64,000 nucleotides of DNA, taken from assembly GCA_000004985.1 (NCBI GenBank), contig GG738915.1; one strand, given 5' to 3'. Positions 34,784-46,665 of this stretch are shown piece after piece. A program made the translations under genes and the position numbers. This stretch comes from Naegleria gruberi (taxonomy: Eukaryota). The notes beneath the pieces were generated by a model. That model worked only from the letters and a program-made list of their open reading frames with translations, did not search any database and was not told the origin of the DNA. Position 1 is the first letter of the stretch. The number at the start of each line of letters is the position of its first letter.

Positions 34784-37069
34784 CTAATTAATGGTATTAC
34801 TTTGAATTGTGTAAGCAATTTTCCAATTTTTAAATTCTCTCGTTGAGGCAAGTCTTAGAAAAGTATCTGATAAATTAGCATAGATTGGGGGATGAATAAT
34901 CTCAACCAATTGTCGAACTTTGGTTTTCTTATTGGAATTATTCGAAATGTTGTCATTTAAGGATTTTTCACATTCGTTCAGTAATTCGTAGAAATTTCTC
35001 CTCACAGTTGATTGAATATTAACTTCGAAAATCGATTGACTTCTCATATATTTACATTCCAAATCTCTCAAATCGTCAATTTCTAAAGATTTATCAATTC
35101 CCTTTTTTGAAATTATTTTTTGTAAATCCATATTTAGCAAGTAGTTTTCAATAGACATTTCTTTAGAAGCATATTCTTTTAGAAGAATTTGAAATTCTGA
35201 ATTTTTCAAATAATTTTCCAATTGATCAAACTGACTAGAATTTGTTTGAATATTAGAATCATTTCCATATTTGGCATTTCTAATAAATTGAATAAACTCG
35301 GAAACTAAAACAGTTCCACCACAAATAAACATGAAACAGACAAACACCAAAAACCTAAAAAATCGACTCATTTCTATAAAAAATTCACTCGTTCCAGATC
35401 CATAAAATATAATTACTAAAATGGTATTCACAATTAAAAATACCAAAAGTAGCAAATCAATTCTAACAAGAAAAGGATCATCAAATAGGAGAAATCTTCT
35501 CAATCCCTTTTCCTTAATAATTTTCCTATTCACAATCATATCAAATACAATAGCTCCAAATCCCAACAAACAACCCAACACACAATACAAGACAATTGTT
35601 GCATTTCCCACAAGTAGATAGGTAAATTCAGCATCGTACAAATCAGTAAAGAAGAATGTCACTCCATGTATCGAAAATATCAAAGCAATCACAAGAGGAA
35701 TTGCCATTGTAAATAACAATCCATATTTCCATTCAGAGAATTTTCTCATTCTATGAATTACCTTATCACTATTCATTCCTTCAGCTTTTGTAATCAAAGT
35801 GTACAAATTTCTCAAATAGTAATAACGTACAACTGTCAAGCTATAGTTCATGACAATGAAACAGACCACAATCATTGAGAAATATCTCAGAAAATAGTAA
35901 CATGCATTATTCATAAAGGTGGAGAAACAAATTTCCAATGGAACGATGAATATTGGAAGGTAGGGAGTGAGTAATCTTCTGGTGAGTGATCGTTTTCTGA
36001 ATGCTTGACTGGCAAATAAGCAGAGAAAGTAACCTATTTCTATGATGGAACATGGAATGAGCCAATAATCTCCATTCGCGAAGGCAAAATCAACACATTG
36101 AGTCGTGACACATTTATGACATGTGGAAGGTAGAAAATTATTCAATAATTCCAGTAGAGTTTCGTTTGAGTTGTTACTATGTGTTGGTATTGAAATATTG
36201 TAAACTTTCAATGTATTCTTTACAATTTCGTCTAAAATCCAATATTGTGGTTTTTGTAAAGTAATTCCACTCACAAAATTAATGAAATTCAAATCAGAAT
36301 TTGACAAATTTCCAAACAGTTTCAATCTGGCCATCACGTTATTCATATCTTTATCTATATATGATGAACAATGTATTGTAAACTCATTGGAATTCGTGGA
36401 ATTGATAGTGGAATAATTATTGAGTGTGAAAAATCCATTCAATTGGTTCAAATTTTGCAAATCACTTAATTGGGTTAATTCTGATTGGGAAATGACGTTC
36501 AAAATTGATGGAACTAGAGGAAGAGGAATAAAATCAGATGGATTAATCAGAACGAAACTATCCGAATCTCTGTATAACCTCAAATAATCATAGAAATATT
36601 GTAATGTAGAAAATAAAACATCGTATTGCAAGAGAACGTTTTTAGGATTTCGACACGCATCTCCTGAAAATGTAAAATAATGAACTTTCAGATTTAAATT
36701 ATGAAACGAAACGAAACTCTGAAACTCTGAATAAAGTCTTTTTTCTACACCAATAGTAAGACGAGAGGATTCTTCCTTCAAAAATTCCACCATTGATTCG
36801 GTAGATTTCACCAGTGAATCGTCCAATTGATTAGTTTGGAATATTTTCCTCCAGACGAAAGCTGTCAAATAATCATTTACACTCACAATTGACTGCGACC
36901 GATCCACATAATAAATAGATTGTTGGGTTAGTGAAATATGTTTAGTAGTATCGAGAATAATTGTTTCCGATAACACGAATTTTGTTATTAAAATTAAAGT
37001 AAACGAAAGCAGAAGAAATAAATGATGAGAATTTCGTATACTTGATGTTGGTGAGTTCGTGACGTGCAT
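34784..37069 (-). CDS. 7TM receptor fused to a C-terminal RGS domain (761 aa): signal peptide, an extracellular domain of about 330 aa, seven predicted TM helices, then an RGS box
   Basis: The RGS box (FQILLKEYASKEMSIENYLLNMDLQKI ... ECKYMRSQSIFEVNIQSTVRRNFYELL ... IYANLSDTFLRLASTREFKNWK) aligns by eye with the RGS4 core (FKAFLKSEYSEENIDFW ... IYNEFIS..A..EVN.D ... IF.LM..DSY.RFLKS). Hydrophobic helices are clear between about residues 340 and 590. Confidence 0.7.
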   Translation of the reverse strand: MHVTNSPTSSIRNSHHLFLLLSFTLILITKFVLSETIILDTTKHISLTQQSIYYVDRSQSIVSVNDYLTAFVWRKIFQTNQLDDSLVKSTESMVEFLKEESSRLTIGVEKRLYSEFQSFVSFHNLNLKVHYFTFSGDACRNPKNVLLQYDVLFSTLQYFYDYLRLYRDSDSFVLINPSDFIPLPLVPSILNVISQSELTQLSDLQNLNQLNGFFTLNNYSTINSTNSNEFTIHCSSYIDKDMNNVMARLKLFGNLSNSDLNFINFVSGITLQKPQYWILDEIVKNTLKVYNISIPTHSNNSNETLLELLNNFLPSTCHKCVTTQCVDFAFANGDYWLIPCSIIEIGYFLCLFASQAFRKRSLTRRLLTPYLPIFIVPLEICFSTFMNNACYYFLRYFSMIVVCFIVMNYSLTVVRYYYLRNLYTLITKAEGMNSDKVIHRMRKFSEWKYGLLFTMAIPLVIALIFSIHGVTFFFTDLYDAEFTYLLVGNATIVLYCVLGCLLGFGAIVFDMIVNRKIIKEKGLRRFLLFDDPFLVRIDLLLLVFLIVNTILVIIFYGSGTSEFFIEMSRFFRFLVFVCFMFICGGTVLVSEFIQFIRNAKYGNDSNIQTNSSQFDQLENYLKNSEFQILLKEYASKEMSIENYLLNMDLQKIISKKGIDKSLEIDDLRDLECKYMRSQSIFEVNIQSTVRRNFYELLNECEKSLNDNISNNSNKKTKVRQLVEIIHPPIYANLSDTFLRLASTREFKNWKIAYTIQSNTIN

Positions 37070-37497
37070 TTTTTTCTGTTGTGAAGTTTGTTATCCAAAT
37101 GTCAGAAATTTAGACAGTTAAGGGCCTTAAAGATTTCCAAATTTTGACAATTACCATTTTTGAAGTTTGTTTTGAAAAAAGAAAAAAACAACAGCAAGAA
37201 AATATATTGAATGCACCAATGTGTGAATATTGAAATAATTTATCATTGGAAAGATGTGAACGGTTTCGAATAAACTTTACAATAATTTTTTTCTATTTTT
37301 TCATTAATTTCTTCAGAAAAATTCAATAGTGTGGTGTTGAAATATTGCAATTGTAAAGAGACCAATGCTATTAATAATAATTTACTTGAATTGTTTAAAA
37401 TCTATTTGAAAATTGTTAAGATTTCGGTAAATGACCAAATATAGAAAATCCATAAAAGAAATTTTCCAAAAATTACAAAAATTTGAATAAAAAAAAT

Positions 37498-40400
37498 ATG
37501 AAAAAATCAAACCAATCCATAGAATTGAGTTTATTCCATCCAAACTCTCTTTCTCATGAGAATCGAGTCCAAATTTCTCATGCACTTCGAAATATTTCTC
37601 CAAATATAGTAATTGGACAAAATGAAGGTGAATTTGATTGTTACACAGATGAAATTCTTCTCTCATCTGAATTACCAGATGTGTTTAGTGTAGATTCCAT
37701 GTTTCTTCCTCATCTAATCGATAGAGGACTCATTCAGCCAATTCAAAAAGATTATTTGAATTCTCTTTGTAATCCTGACGAAATGTTTGAGTTTACAAAA
37801 CAATCCTGTCAATTTAATGGCGACTGGTATGGAATACCAATGTTTGTCCATGGATACATTGTCATGCAACGTGAATTTGATAAGGAAATCAAGTCACTTC
37901 AAGCACTTGCTGAAAAACATGGTTATGACTCAATTGTTTTTCCAGATATGGCAGCTTCTAGCTCCATGTTAATAGTCAGATCGTTTGCTTTGGATCAACA
38001 GGGTGCTACTAATTCCAATAGAATTCAAATCACTAGAGAAAACTTTCCACTTTCAAAGATGGACGAAATTTCACCTTCCTATTTGAAGAATTTCAGAACT
38101 GTGCAAAATGCGACCAAGATTGTGAGTGCACAAGAGTTGGTGGATACATGTAGGTTGGGAGAATGCATTCCACATGCTGCCTACGTTGGAAGATTGGAAA
38201 ATGTTTGTGGACTCAAGTCAAAATTCGAGCAGGGAAATTGGACTTTGACAGTTCTTCCTTTTTTGGAAGGTAAGGCAATGACTACGACTGTTAGTGTGTT
38301 GGTATTCAATGCTAATTTGAAAGGAGAGAGATTGAAACAAGCAATGGAATATCTGAAAGGTTTTTTCACTTTGGAAAAAGTGGACGAAATGTTGGAACAT
38401 GGTTTAATGATACCTTGCGATAAATCCAGATTGAGAAGATGGTCTGAAAAGAGTACCATCTATAGAGATGTTCTCTACTCTCTAGAAAATGTAGAAAAAA
38501 AGATTATTAACATTTCATTACATCCAGATTTGGACAATCGAGAAATTGTCAAAATGTCAAATATTCTCAAACCTCATTTACAACACATTGCTGTAGGTAC
38601 ACTTCGTTGCTTAACTGCAGACATGGTAGAGAAAGCCAAAAGTGGACATCCTGGCATGCCAATCGGAATGTCAACCATCGCTTTCGTATTATGGAAATAT
38701 TTCTACAGAGCTTCAGGTAAAGATCCAACATGGATCAATCGAGATCGATTCATACTCAGTAATGGACATGGTTGTGCACTTCAATATGCATTACTTCATT
38801 TAACAGGATATGAATCCATGCCCATGGAACAGTTACAGAAATTAAGAACTTTGGATTCGAATACTCCTGGTCATCCCGAATGGTTCCATACAGATGGAGT
38901 GGATGCTACGACAGGTCCACTTGGACAGGGTATGTGCAATTCTATTGGAATGGCAGTCGCTGAATGTCACTTGTCCAAGAGATTTAACAGAAATGAGTTG
39001 AAATTATTTGATCATTACACGTATGTCTTTTGTGGAGATGGTGATTTGATGGAAGGCATGTCCACAGAGGGTATGTCATTTGCAGGACATCAACAACTCA
39101 ACAAAGTCATTGTTTTTTATGATGACAATAGAATTACCATAGATGGAAGTACGGATCTAACATTCACTCAGGACACAGCCATGGTTGCAAGAGGATTGGG
39201 TTGGCATGTCATTGAAGTTCATGATGCCGACTCTAACTTGCTAAGAATCAAGGAAGCAATCGAAACAGCTCGTCTTGTAACCAACAAACCATCCATGATT
39301 ATATGCAAGACAACCATTGGTTATGGAACTAAACAGGAAGGAACTGCCAAAGCTCATGGAACAGCATTGGGTGAGGATTCTGTTAGAATGTTGAAGAAAT
39401 TCTGTGGATTTAATCCAGACGATCATTTTATTATTCCTTCCATTGTGAGGGAAGAATTTGAAAAGATTTCTGATAGAAATGCCAAATATTTGCAAGAATG
39501 GAATGATATGACACAAAAATATGCAAATTCACACAAATCTGAATGGGAAATGTTGATGAGAATGAGAAGGGGTGAAATAGAGGACTCTCTCGAGAAGTTT
39601 CTTCCAAAATTTGAAGATGAAAAGTCAATGGCCACTAGAATGTGTTCACACGAAGTGTTAAATGGAATATTCAAGATTATTCCAGCAATGGTTGGAGGAT
39701 CAGCTGATTTAACACCATCCAATTTGACAGATATTGAAGGACAGAAGGATTTTCAACCTCATTCCAGAGAGGGAAGATATTTCAGGTTTGGAGTTAGAGA
39801 ACATGGAATGTGCTCCATTTCGAATGGAATTCTCTATCATGGACTGTTGAGAACCTATGTAGGGACTTTCCTTAATTTTGCTTCGTATGGATTGGGAGCT
39901 ATTCGTTTGAGTGCACTAGCTCAATTGCCAAATATTTTTGTGTTGACACATGACAGTATTGGCTTGGGAGAAGATGGACCAACTCATCAACCTATTGAAG
40001 TATTAACAGCTCTGAGAGCTATTCCTAACATGAATGTGATTAGACCAGCAGATGGTAGAGAAACAAGTGGTGCCTATCTATCAGCCATCAAAACTCTCAA
40101 AACTCCAACATGTCTAGCTCTGTCAAGACAAAACGTTCCACCAATCAAGAATTCCAGTATCGAAAAGACACTCAAAGGAGCCTATATCTTGGAGCAAGAT
40201 GAAAACCCTGATGTTATTTTAGTGGCCACAGGCTCAGAAGTTCAACTCATTGTTGAAGCCAAGAAACAATTGAACGAAAGACAAATTAATGTAAGAACTA
40301 TCAGTATGCCAAGTTGGGAACTCTTTGATGCACAGCCACTGGAATATAGACAGGAAATATTCACAGCTGGCATTCCATGTCTGTCAGTTGAAGCTGCTTC

Positions 40401-40602
40401 TATCATTGGATGGAGTAAATACAGTCATCACCAAATTGGAATGCTTAATTTTGGAGCTAGTGGAAAGTATACAGATGTCTATGAAAAGAATCAGATTACA
40501 ACAAGAAATGTTGTTGAATCTTCTATCAAGTTAATCGATAGATATAAGAAATCAGCTCCAAGTTTAATTCTTGCTCCATTGAAGGAAGAAAAAGCGTTAT
40601 AA
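37498..40602 (+). CDS. Transketolase (residues from about 365 onward) with a contiguous in-frame N-terminal extension of about 350 aa. The extension weakly resembles bacterial periplasmic solute-binding proteins (LPDVFSVDSMFLPHLIDRGLIQPI ... NGDWYGIPMFVHGYIVMQRE).
   Basis: Transketolase motifs: SGHPGMPIGMSTIAFVLW, RDRFILSNGHGCALQYALLHLTGY, TPGHPE, TTGPLGQG, the thiamine-pyrophosphate-binding GDGDLMEG, and the C-terminal domain. The whole 1039-codon ORF is uninterrupted. The ATG is preceded by an A9 tract. Confidence 0.85.
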   Translation: MKKSNQSIELSLFHPNSLSHENRVQISHALRNISPNIVIGQNEGEFDCYTDEILLSSELPDVFSVDSMFLPHLIDRGLIQPIQKDYLNSLCNPDEMFEFTKQSCQFNGDWYGIPMFVHGYIVMQREFDKEIKSLQALAEKHGYDSIVFPDMAASSSMLIVRSFALDQQGATNSNRIQITRENFPLSKMDEISPSYLKNFRTVQNATKIVSAQELVDTCRLGECIPHAAYVGRLENVCGLKSKFEQGNWTLTVLPFLEGKAMTTTVSVLVFNANLKGERLKQAMEYLKGFFTLEKVDEMLEHGLMIPCDKSRLRRWSEKSTIYRDVLYSLENVEKKIINISLHPDLDNREIVKMSNILKPHLQHIAVGTLRCLTADMVEKAKSGHPGMPIGMSTIAFVLWKYFYRASGKDPTWINRDRFILSNGHGCALQYALLHLTGYESMPMEQLQKLRTLDSNTPGHPEWFHTDGVDATTGPLGQGMCNSIGMAVAECHLSKRFNRNELKLFDHYTYVFCGDGDLMEGMSTEGMSFAGHQQLNKVIVFYDDNRITIDGSTDLTFTQDTAMVARGLGWHVIEVHDADSNLLRIKEAIETARLVTNKPSMIICKTTIGYGTKQEGTAKAHGTALGEDSVRMLKKFCGFNPDDHFIIPSIVREEFEKISDRNAKYLQEWNDMTQKYANSHKSEWEMLMRMRRGEIEDSLEKFLPKFEDEKSMATRMCSHEVLNGIFKIIPAMVGGSADLTPSNLTDIEGQKDFQPHSREGRYFRFGVREHGMCSISNGILYHGLLRTYVGTFLNFASYGLGAIRLSALAQLPNIFVLTHDSIGLGEDGPTHQPIEVLTALRAIPNMNVIRPADGRETSGAYLSAIKTLKTPTCLALSRQNVPPIKNSSIEKTLKGAYILEQDENPDVILVATGSEVQLIVEAKKQLNERQINVRTISMPSWELFDAQPLEYRQEIFTAGIPCLSVEAASIIGWSKYSHHQIGMLNFGASGKYTDVYEKNQITTRNVVESSIKLIDRYKKSAPSLILAPLKEEKAL

Positions 40603-40972
40603 GAATTCAACAAATAAATTGTGTGAGAATCACTGGTAATTAATATCTAATTTTTTTGAATTGTTGGTGAATGAACTCGTATCTCTATCGTTTATTTAAT
40701 GGACATGGTTTTACCTCTTCTGACACAATTCTTAATGAACTCCATTGTAATAAAAATCTATTCAATACAACCAAGCCAGTATTGATTCAGGTACTGTATC
40801 ACAACCGATAATTGGCAGTAATATCGTCTGAAATGGATTCACATTTTACAAAAATAAAACGCTCCAAATTAAATCCTCACAGACATAGTAAAATGAACCA
40901 TTCAACCTTAATCATCCTGTGAGACACAATACACTGTAAATTTTTAAACTGTAATTTGCAATCTTAATTAAG

Positions 40973-42400
40973 CTATCTCCTAGTTGAGGCTCTCGATGAT
41001 GACAAGCTCCTCGATGAAATTGGTGCTTGCACACCAAAATGGTCTGCATGAATCCCAGCTTGTGACTTTCGCAATAAAAAGGGATTTTCCATCATTAGAT
41101 TTTCCTTCTCCACTCTTACACTAGCTAAGGAAGCTGCCTTATAAGCATTGGGATAAAATGAATTCTTATTAAATGTGGATGAAGTGGATCCTCTAGGTGT
41201 TGATCCAGTGTGTCGATCGATTCTTTCTTCACCCTCCTTAAATTCATTGTACAATCTTGCCTTTTCAACTAATTTGTCCTCCTTAACAAACAAGGATTCA
41301 ATCACTTGATTTAGGAAGAGGGGACTAACATTGTCTTTAACACTCTTATGTGAAGGGTCAATATCGTCTGGTAGGAAGAGAGGTACAGATTTGATGGCTT
41401 CAAGTTGAGATTTAAGTGACGGGTTGAGAGCAAAGGATTTCTTTCTTGGTAATCTTCCTGGAGCCATTCGTGGTGTTGGCAATGAAGTTGTTGAAGTGTT
41501 TGGCTTCCATCCAGTCGATCCTGTAGAAGATGATGGTGTGGCTATGGCTGTTGATGTAGTTGAAGATGATGAAGGTGGTCGAATTTGTTTGAATGAAACA
41601 GTTGGAGTGCTTGGCCTTCTGCTGTTCTTTGGATCTGCAGATTGCACTCTCCTTGAAATACCTCGAGCACTATTGATTCGAGGAGACTCTGGAGGAGGTT
41701 GATGTTTCAAATAATCGATGGATTGAGTGGACATGTTGTTATTCTTCTTCTGAAGAACAACACTTCCACTCACACTGTTTCTCCTCTTTTTAGGATCCAC
41801 ATCCTGGGATGAAGATGTTGAAAATAATTGAACATGTTCTTTTGGTTTGATGTCGAGTGGCTTTCTAGCACTCTTCTTTGGTGTGAATCTTCTTCCACCA
41901 ATAGATGATGTTGCACTCTGTGCTCTACTTGGAGTGGTTGAGGCCATTAGAAATTCATCACTAAACGATGAGTCGCCATCTTCACTGGTGGGTGAAGTGA
42001 GAGGAACAATGGGAGTGGTAGGAATGGAGACACATCGTTTCGTATTGCTGTGAAAGGTTCCTGAATTGTTGTTGAATTCAATTGGACTCGGTACTGGTTC
42101 AAAGACAAAACTATTATTCACAGAGCTAATAGTTGTAGTATTATTATTCGTAACAATGTATGAAGAATTATGAGAATAAACAGGTGAAGTTCTTCGAGGA
42201 GTTAATTGAGTGAAGAATTGACCTTCCTCTGGTAACTGACCTGTAAATATTCTCGGTGATATTCCAGCAGTTTCGAATGATGCATTCAAATTAACAATTG
42301 CTAAAGTCCTAGATCCTCTCGAGCTATTCAAATCATATTCGAAAATATCTGCAGTATTGTTGTTTCCCTTTTTTAATCCTTTCAATGATAGACTCTTCAT
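40973..42400 (-). CDS. Hypothetical S/T/P/N-rich protein (475 aa)
   Basis: Long ORF, ATG at 42398-42400, no recognised domain. Confidence 0.45.
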   Translation of the reverse strand: MKSLSLKGLKKGNNNTADIFEYDLNSSRGSRTLAIVNLNASFETAGISPRIFTGQLPEEGQFFTQLTPRRTSPVYSHNSSYIVTNNNTTTISSVNNSFVFEPVPSPIEFNNNSGTFHSNTKRCVSIPTTPIVPLTSPTSEDGDSSFSDEFLMASTTPSRAQSATSSIGGRRFTPKKSARKPLDIKPKEHVQLFSTSSSQDVDPKKRRNSVSGSVVLQKKNNNMSTQSIDYLKHQPPPESPRINSARGISRRVQSADPKNSRRPSTPTVSFKQIRPPSSSSTTSTAIATPSSSTGSTGWKPNTSTTSLPTPRMAPGRLPRKKSFALNPSLKSQLEAIKSVPLFLPDDIDPSHKSVKDNVSPLFLNQVIESLFVKEDKLVEKARLYNEFKEGEERIDRHTGSTPRGSTSSTFNKNSFYPNAYKAASLASVRVEKENLMMENPFLLRKSQAGIHADHFGVQAPISSRSLSSSRASTRR

Positions 42401-44744
42401 AATTCTATCAAGAATATTACAGTAAATAGTTGTTCAACTCAAGATGACAGAGAGAGAATATATTGATGGTCGCTTGATTGATTTCGAAAATTGATGATCC
42501 CAACCTAAACTCATATAAGGATGAATTCAATGAGGGCAATCCGATTAAAAAACCTATGCTTACTCTTTCAAGAAGTGATTCCCAAAATCAATATAATGCT
42601 TGTCCTTTGTCCTTGATGGAAATCTATGAACGGCTTTTAAAAAACTGAAAATGATGATCCTATTGATGCCGATATCCTGTCTTTTTTCGATATAATTTAT
42701 CCTCTTCTCCTTTGAGGGAGTGATGATGCAAACAATTGTTGAATGAAAATTTACAATTCTTCTACTACGGTTTTTAAATTGTTTTTCAATTTCCTCAATT
42801 CTTCTTCTTCTTTGCACAGATTATTATTCAGCAAATCAATTTTTAAATTAAAATCCGTATTGCTCTCTCAATATATATATTAAAATTAATTATCAGTTAT
42901 CGGAGCAATGAGGAAACACGATGATGAGGAAAAGTCCTGCAAACTCTCAAACTCTAATCGGATGATGATGAAATTTTTTAGAATGATGAAAAAAACTAAG
43001 GCAAGAACTCTCTTGCCGATATGAAGAGGTTGTGATGTTTATTATCTCTCGAGAGTTTTCATAGAGAATGTACAATCATTGATTTGAATCAGAGCAAGTC
43101 AAATTATTTGATGTTTTATATTCAACGGTGTTTGACAGGTGGCTAGCAAGAGAGATTTAAGGAGAAACCTTTGAAAACTGAATAATGGAGCAAAAGGAGG
43201 AAGAGCGGAATATAGAAATCTTGTCTATTAAGGCACAATTTGTGCTCCTTATCCAAATCAAAAAGGTCAAATAAATTAATTTTACTGTACTTCCAAAAGG
43301 GAGTCAGTATTCTCCCAACCACAAAAAGGTTCCATAGAATGGCATTGAAGCTTTTTCTATCAATACTATATTTCTTAGCAGTAGGAACAGGAGTAAAAGA
43401 TCTTAGCATGCATCCAACGATGCATCCTCCTCATCATACGAAATCTGCCTTGGCAACTAGCTTCCAAATAATATATCGCAGAAGGACCAATTCTATCGAA
43501 CTGACATCCACAATTGAAAATGACAAATATCCATTTGGAACAACATACTGTGGCGGTGTTAGCTTGTGATGCTGTAAAATAATCCACAATTATAAGCATC
43601 GAACAGGTTCATGATGGTGCATACTTGGTGTTGCTGCAGTCTTCTTTTATTTTGTGAATTGTGAGTTTTACATGCATTGTTGAATATTTGATATTAGATA
43701 TTTGAAAGATATAATTGACGTGATTTGATAAGAATAGTTATGCTCTGATATTGTGATATCATTGTTGATTGAATTTAATAACTAACACTTTTTCCTTGCC
43801 TTCATACATCAAACATTCCTTATTAGTAAATGGTGTTATTTGTCATCTTTGTGGTGCAATACAGGAATTTTCAAATTGTGTAACGAGATTTCGTGGCGCC
43901 ACAAAAACCCTCCACAAATCTCTTATTGGGCTTACCTTTCACAATAAAACAATTTAAAAAAAAAACACCAATAACACTAGAGCCAAATTATTTTCTCATC
44001 GTGGAGAGAGAAATTTCGAGAGGCCCATTATCAACACTATTACTCATCATCTTCCGTGCTTGTCTATCACCACGAGCTACCAACTATTGTTGAATATATA
44101 GAGAATATATATCAACAATTACATCTTTATTGTTGATCATCATCAACATTGTCATCAATTGTGTCGAGTGAACCAAATCACCTTCATATTTGAGATCACA
44201 CATTCTTTTGGCAAGATATTGATCTTTGTACTCTATTCATTGGTTCATCAAATCCATTTATAGATTTTTCATTTTCAAATCTCTATTGCTTTACCTATTC
44301 AATAGTGTATTTTGTAATCACTCTCATAATTTTGTCCCTTCACAACACCCACCACACTATTATTCTGCTGTGTATTGCACATTGTGTTTGCTTGACTGAA
44401 AAAAAATTGCAATACACCTTAATTTAACAAATACCCACACAAAGAAGAAGAACACCAAAGAGTACTCTCTTGTTGTGTGTGTATTGACAATCAATTGCTG
44501 AAGCTATCAGACCAACAATTACACTCTAACCCATTACACTCTTTTCCTATACTTTCGAGAGAAGTAATATTCCTGCTAACTATTTGGTTCATTCTCCCAC
44601 ACATACATACTCATCAATTACTCTCCACAAAGAACACCTTTCTACTTCCGGAAGTTTGTCTCTCTGCTATTACATTGAATATCACCACTACCACCACTAC
44701 CAAATTCACAACCCAATATTTCTCTCCATTCATACATACTCAAG

Positions 44745-46665
44745 ATGAATAATAATAATAGAAGGCCAACTACATTCAATCCTTGTGTTGCCAATACAAA
44801 TATCAGACGTGCCAATGATGAAAATACTCTCCTGCAACAACAACAATACAACTCGTACAATTCAAAGTATGAACCATTCCAATCGAGAGAAATCCTCAGA
44901 GATGTTACCAATTCAGCCTCTTCGAATCAGAGAAATGTCATGATGCAACAAGGTGTCTGTTCTCAACAACAGCAACCACTCAAACCAAACACTATTGGTC
45001 AAAACAATTACTATAATTCTCAAAACAATATACCTAAAAAACCATCGAGTGCTAATCTTCCACAACAAACTCAACCATACAAGAATGTTGTGCAACAAAC
45101 AAATAGCAATACTACAACAATATATAACTATGGACAACGACCATTGAATGCTCCAAACACTTATCAATACTCCCAACAACAACAGCAACCAATTACTCTC
45201 CAACAACACCATCCCCAATATAATAATTCCTCCTCAAATAGTCGAGGATTTTTACCACAACATTCTTCCNNNNNNNNNNNNNNNNNNNNNNNNNNNNNNN
45301 NNNNNNNNNNNNNNNNNNNGAGATGAGGATGAAGAAATGGCTTACTTTGAAGATGAAGAAGAATTGACAGAAAATAACACAATTCCAATCGTGCCTTCGA
45401 TTGGTGTTGGTTATTCAGTTACTTCAGCTGCTGTTGCTTCTGGTTACATGTCCGCAACATCTGTATTTGCTAATCCAAGCAGTACCAGCTCTGTTTCTCA
45501 AAGCTCTTCCTATTTTTCACAACAACAACAACATTCTTCCAGTAATAATAATTTTGTTGCAGAAGATCCAGCCAATACATCCTATGAAAGTGATGAAGAA
45601 CCACAAAAAGAACCAACCAATTTACTTCCATCCATGCAACCATTGTACTACTTTAGAGAACATCACACCGGCTCTGGTACAATTAATGCATCAACTTGCA
45701 ATATTTTAGTGCCTCCACCAACTAATCCTGAAGATGCTCGTTGTATGAGATCTGTCATCTTTGCTACTGATGTTGAAGCTGAAGTTTTGGAAAGCATGCG
45801 CTTAACTCAAATGAAAAACAAACCAAATCCAAGATATATGGAAACTGTACAAACTGATATTACCAGTAACATGAGATGTATCCTCGTTGATTGGATGAAT
45901 GAGGTTGCTTCCATGTACACTCTTTCACCAGAAACATTATATTTGGCTGTTAATATTCTGGATAGATCCCTCTCCAAGATGTCTGTCAGAAGAAACAAGT
46001 TGCAAGCATTTGGTGTCGCTTCTCTCTTCATCTCTTCAAAGTTTAACGAGATTACTCCTCCAGAGTTAAATGAATTCATCTATATTGCAGATGACACTTA
46101 TGGAAAGGAAGAAGTTCTCATTATTGAGAGAATAATTTTGAACAACCTCGAGTTTGAACTTGTTACTGTTCAACCTTATGATTTTATTGAAAAGTTTTTG
46201 CAAATTTGTGGTGTTGTCGACAATCCTATTGTCAAATACTTGACTTATTACATTTGTGAAATGCAATTACAGAATATTGAAGTTCTTAACTTTCCACCTT
46301 CTGTTATTGCAGCTTCTGCATTGATGATTTCCTTGTATTTGATTGACTTTAATTATTGGAACTCTGAGTTGGCTTGTTGTTTTGGTTTTTCCAATCAAGC
46401 TTGTCAAGGTAACTCATCACTCACTCCAGAAGACGAACAATTGGTTGGTATTGTCAATGAATGTCTTTCCTCCATGTTTAGATTCTATGTTGGTATGGCC
46501 ACAGGCAGGATTAATTTCTCTGCCGTGAGATCCAAGTACTGTCACATGGTTTTCCAAGGAGTTGGTGAATGCACAAGAAAGGTTGATAAGGAACCACCAT
46601 TCATTCCTTCAGTCAGCAAGGGTAGCAATCCAAGTACCTCAACCACACCAAATTACCATCCTTAA
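44745..46665 (+). CDS. Cyclin A/B-type (paralogue 1). The Q/N-rich N-terminus is interrupted by a 50-N gap (45270-45319).
   Basis: Cyclin box MRCILVDWMNEVASMYTLSPETLYLAVNILDRSL...KLQAFGVASLFISSKFNEI plus a C-terminal cyclin fold. An acidic stretch DEDEEMAYFEDEEE precedes it. Confidence 0.8.
45270..45319. other. Assembly gap (50 N) inside the cyclin paralogue 1 N-terminal region
   Basis: n run. Confidence 1.

Noticed and set aside
37498-38590. Reading the transketolase N-terminal 365 codons as an independent upstream gene
   Set aside because: There is no stop codon between it and the transketolase domain, and no internal ATG with an A-tract context at the transketolase boundary. A chance 365-codon open frame in roughly 37%-GC DNA is very unlikely. 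Kept as a fusion, pending transcript evidence.
42560-44093. Short ORFs in the 40973/44745 divergent intergenic region, and the many 60-120-aa ORFs nested antisense in large genes
   Set aside because: They overlap stronger genes on the opposite strand or lie in promoter/UTR DNA, with no motifs. Only 43342..43569 was kept, as a low-interest candidate.
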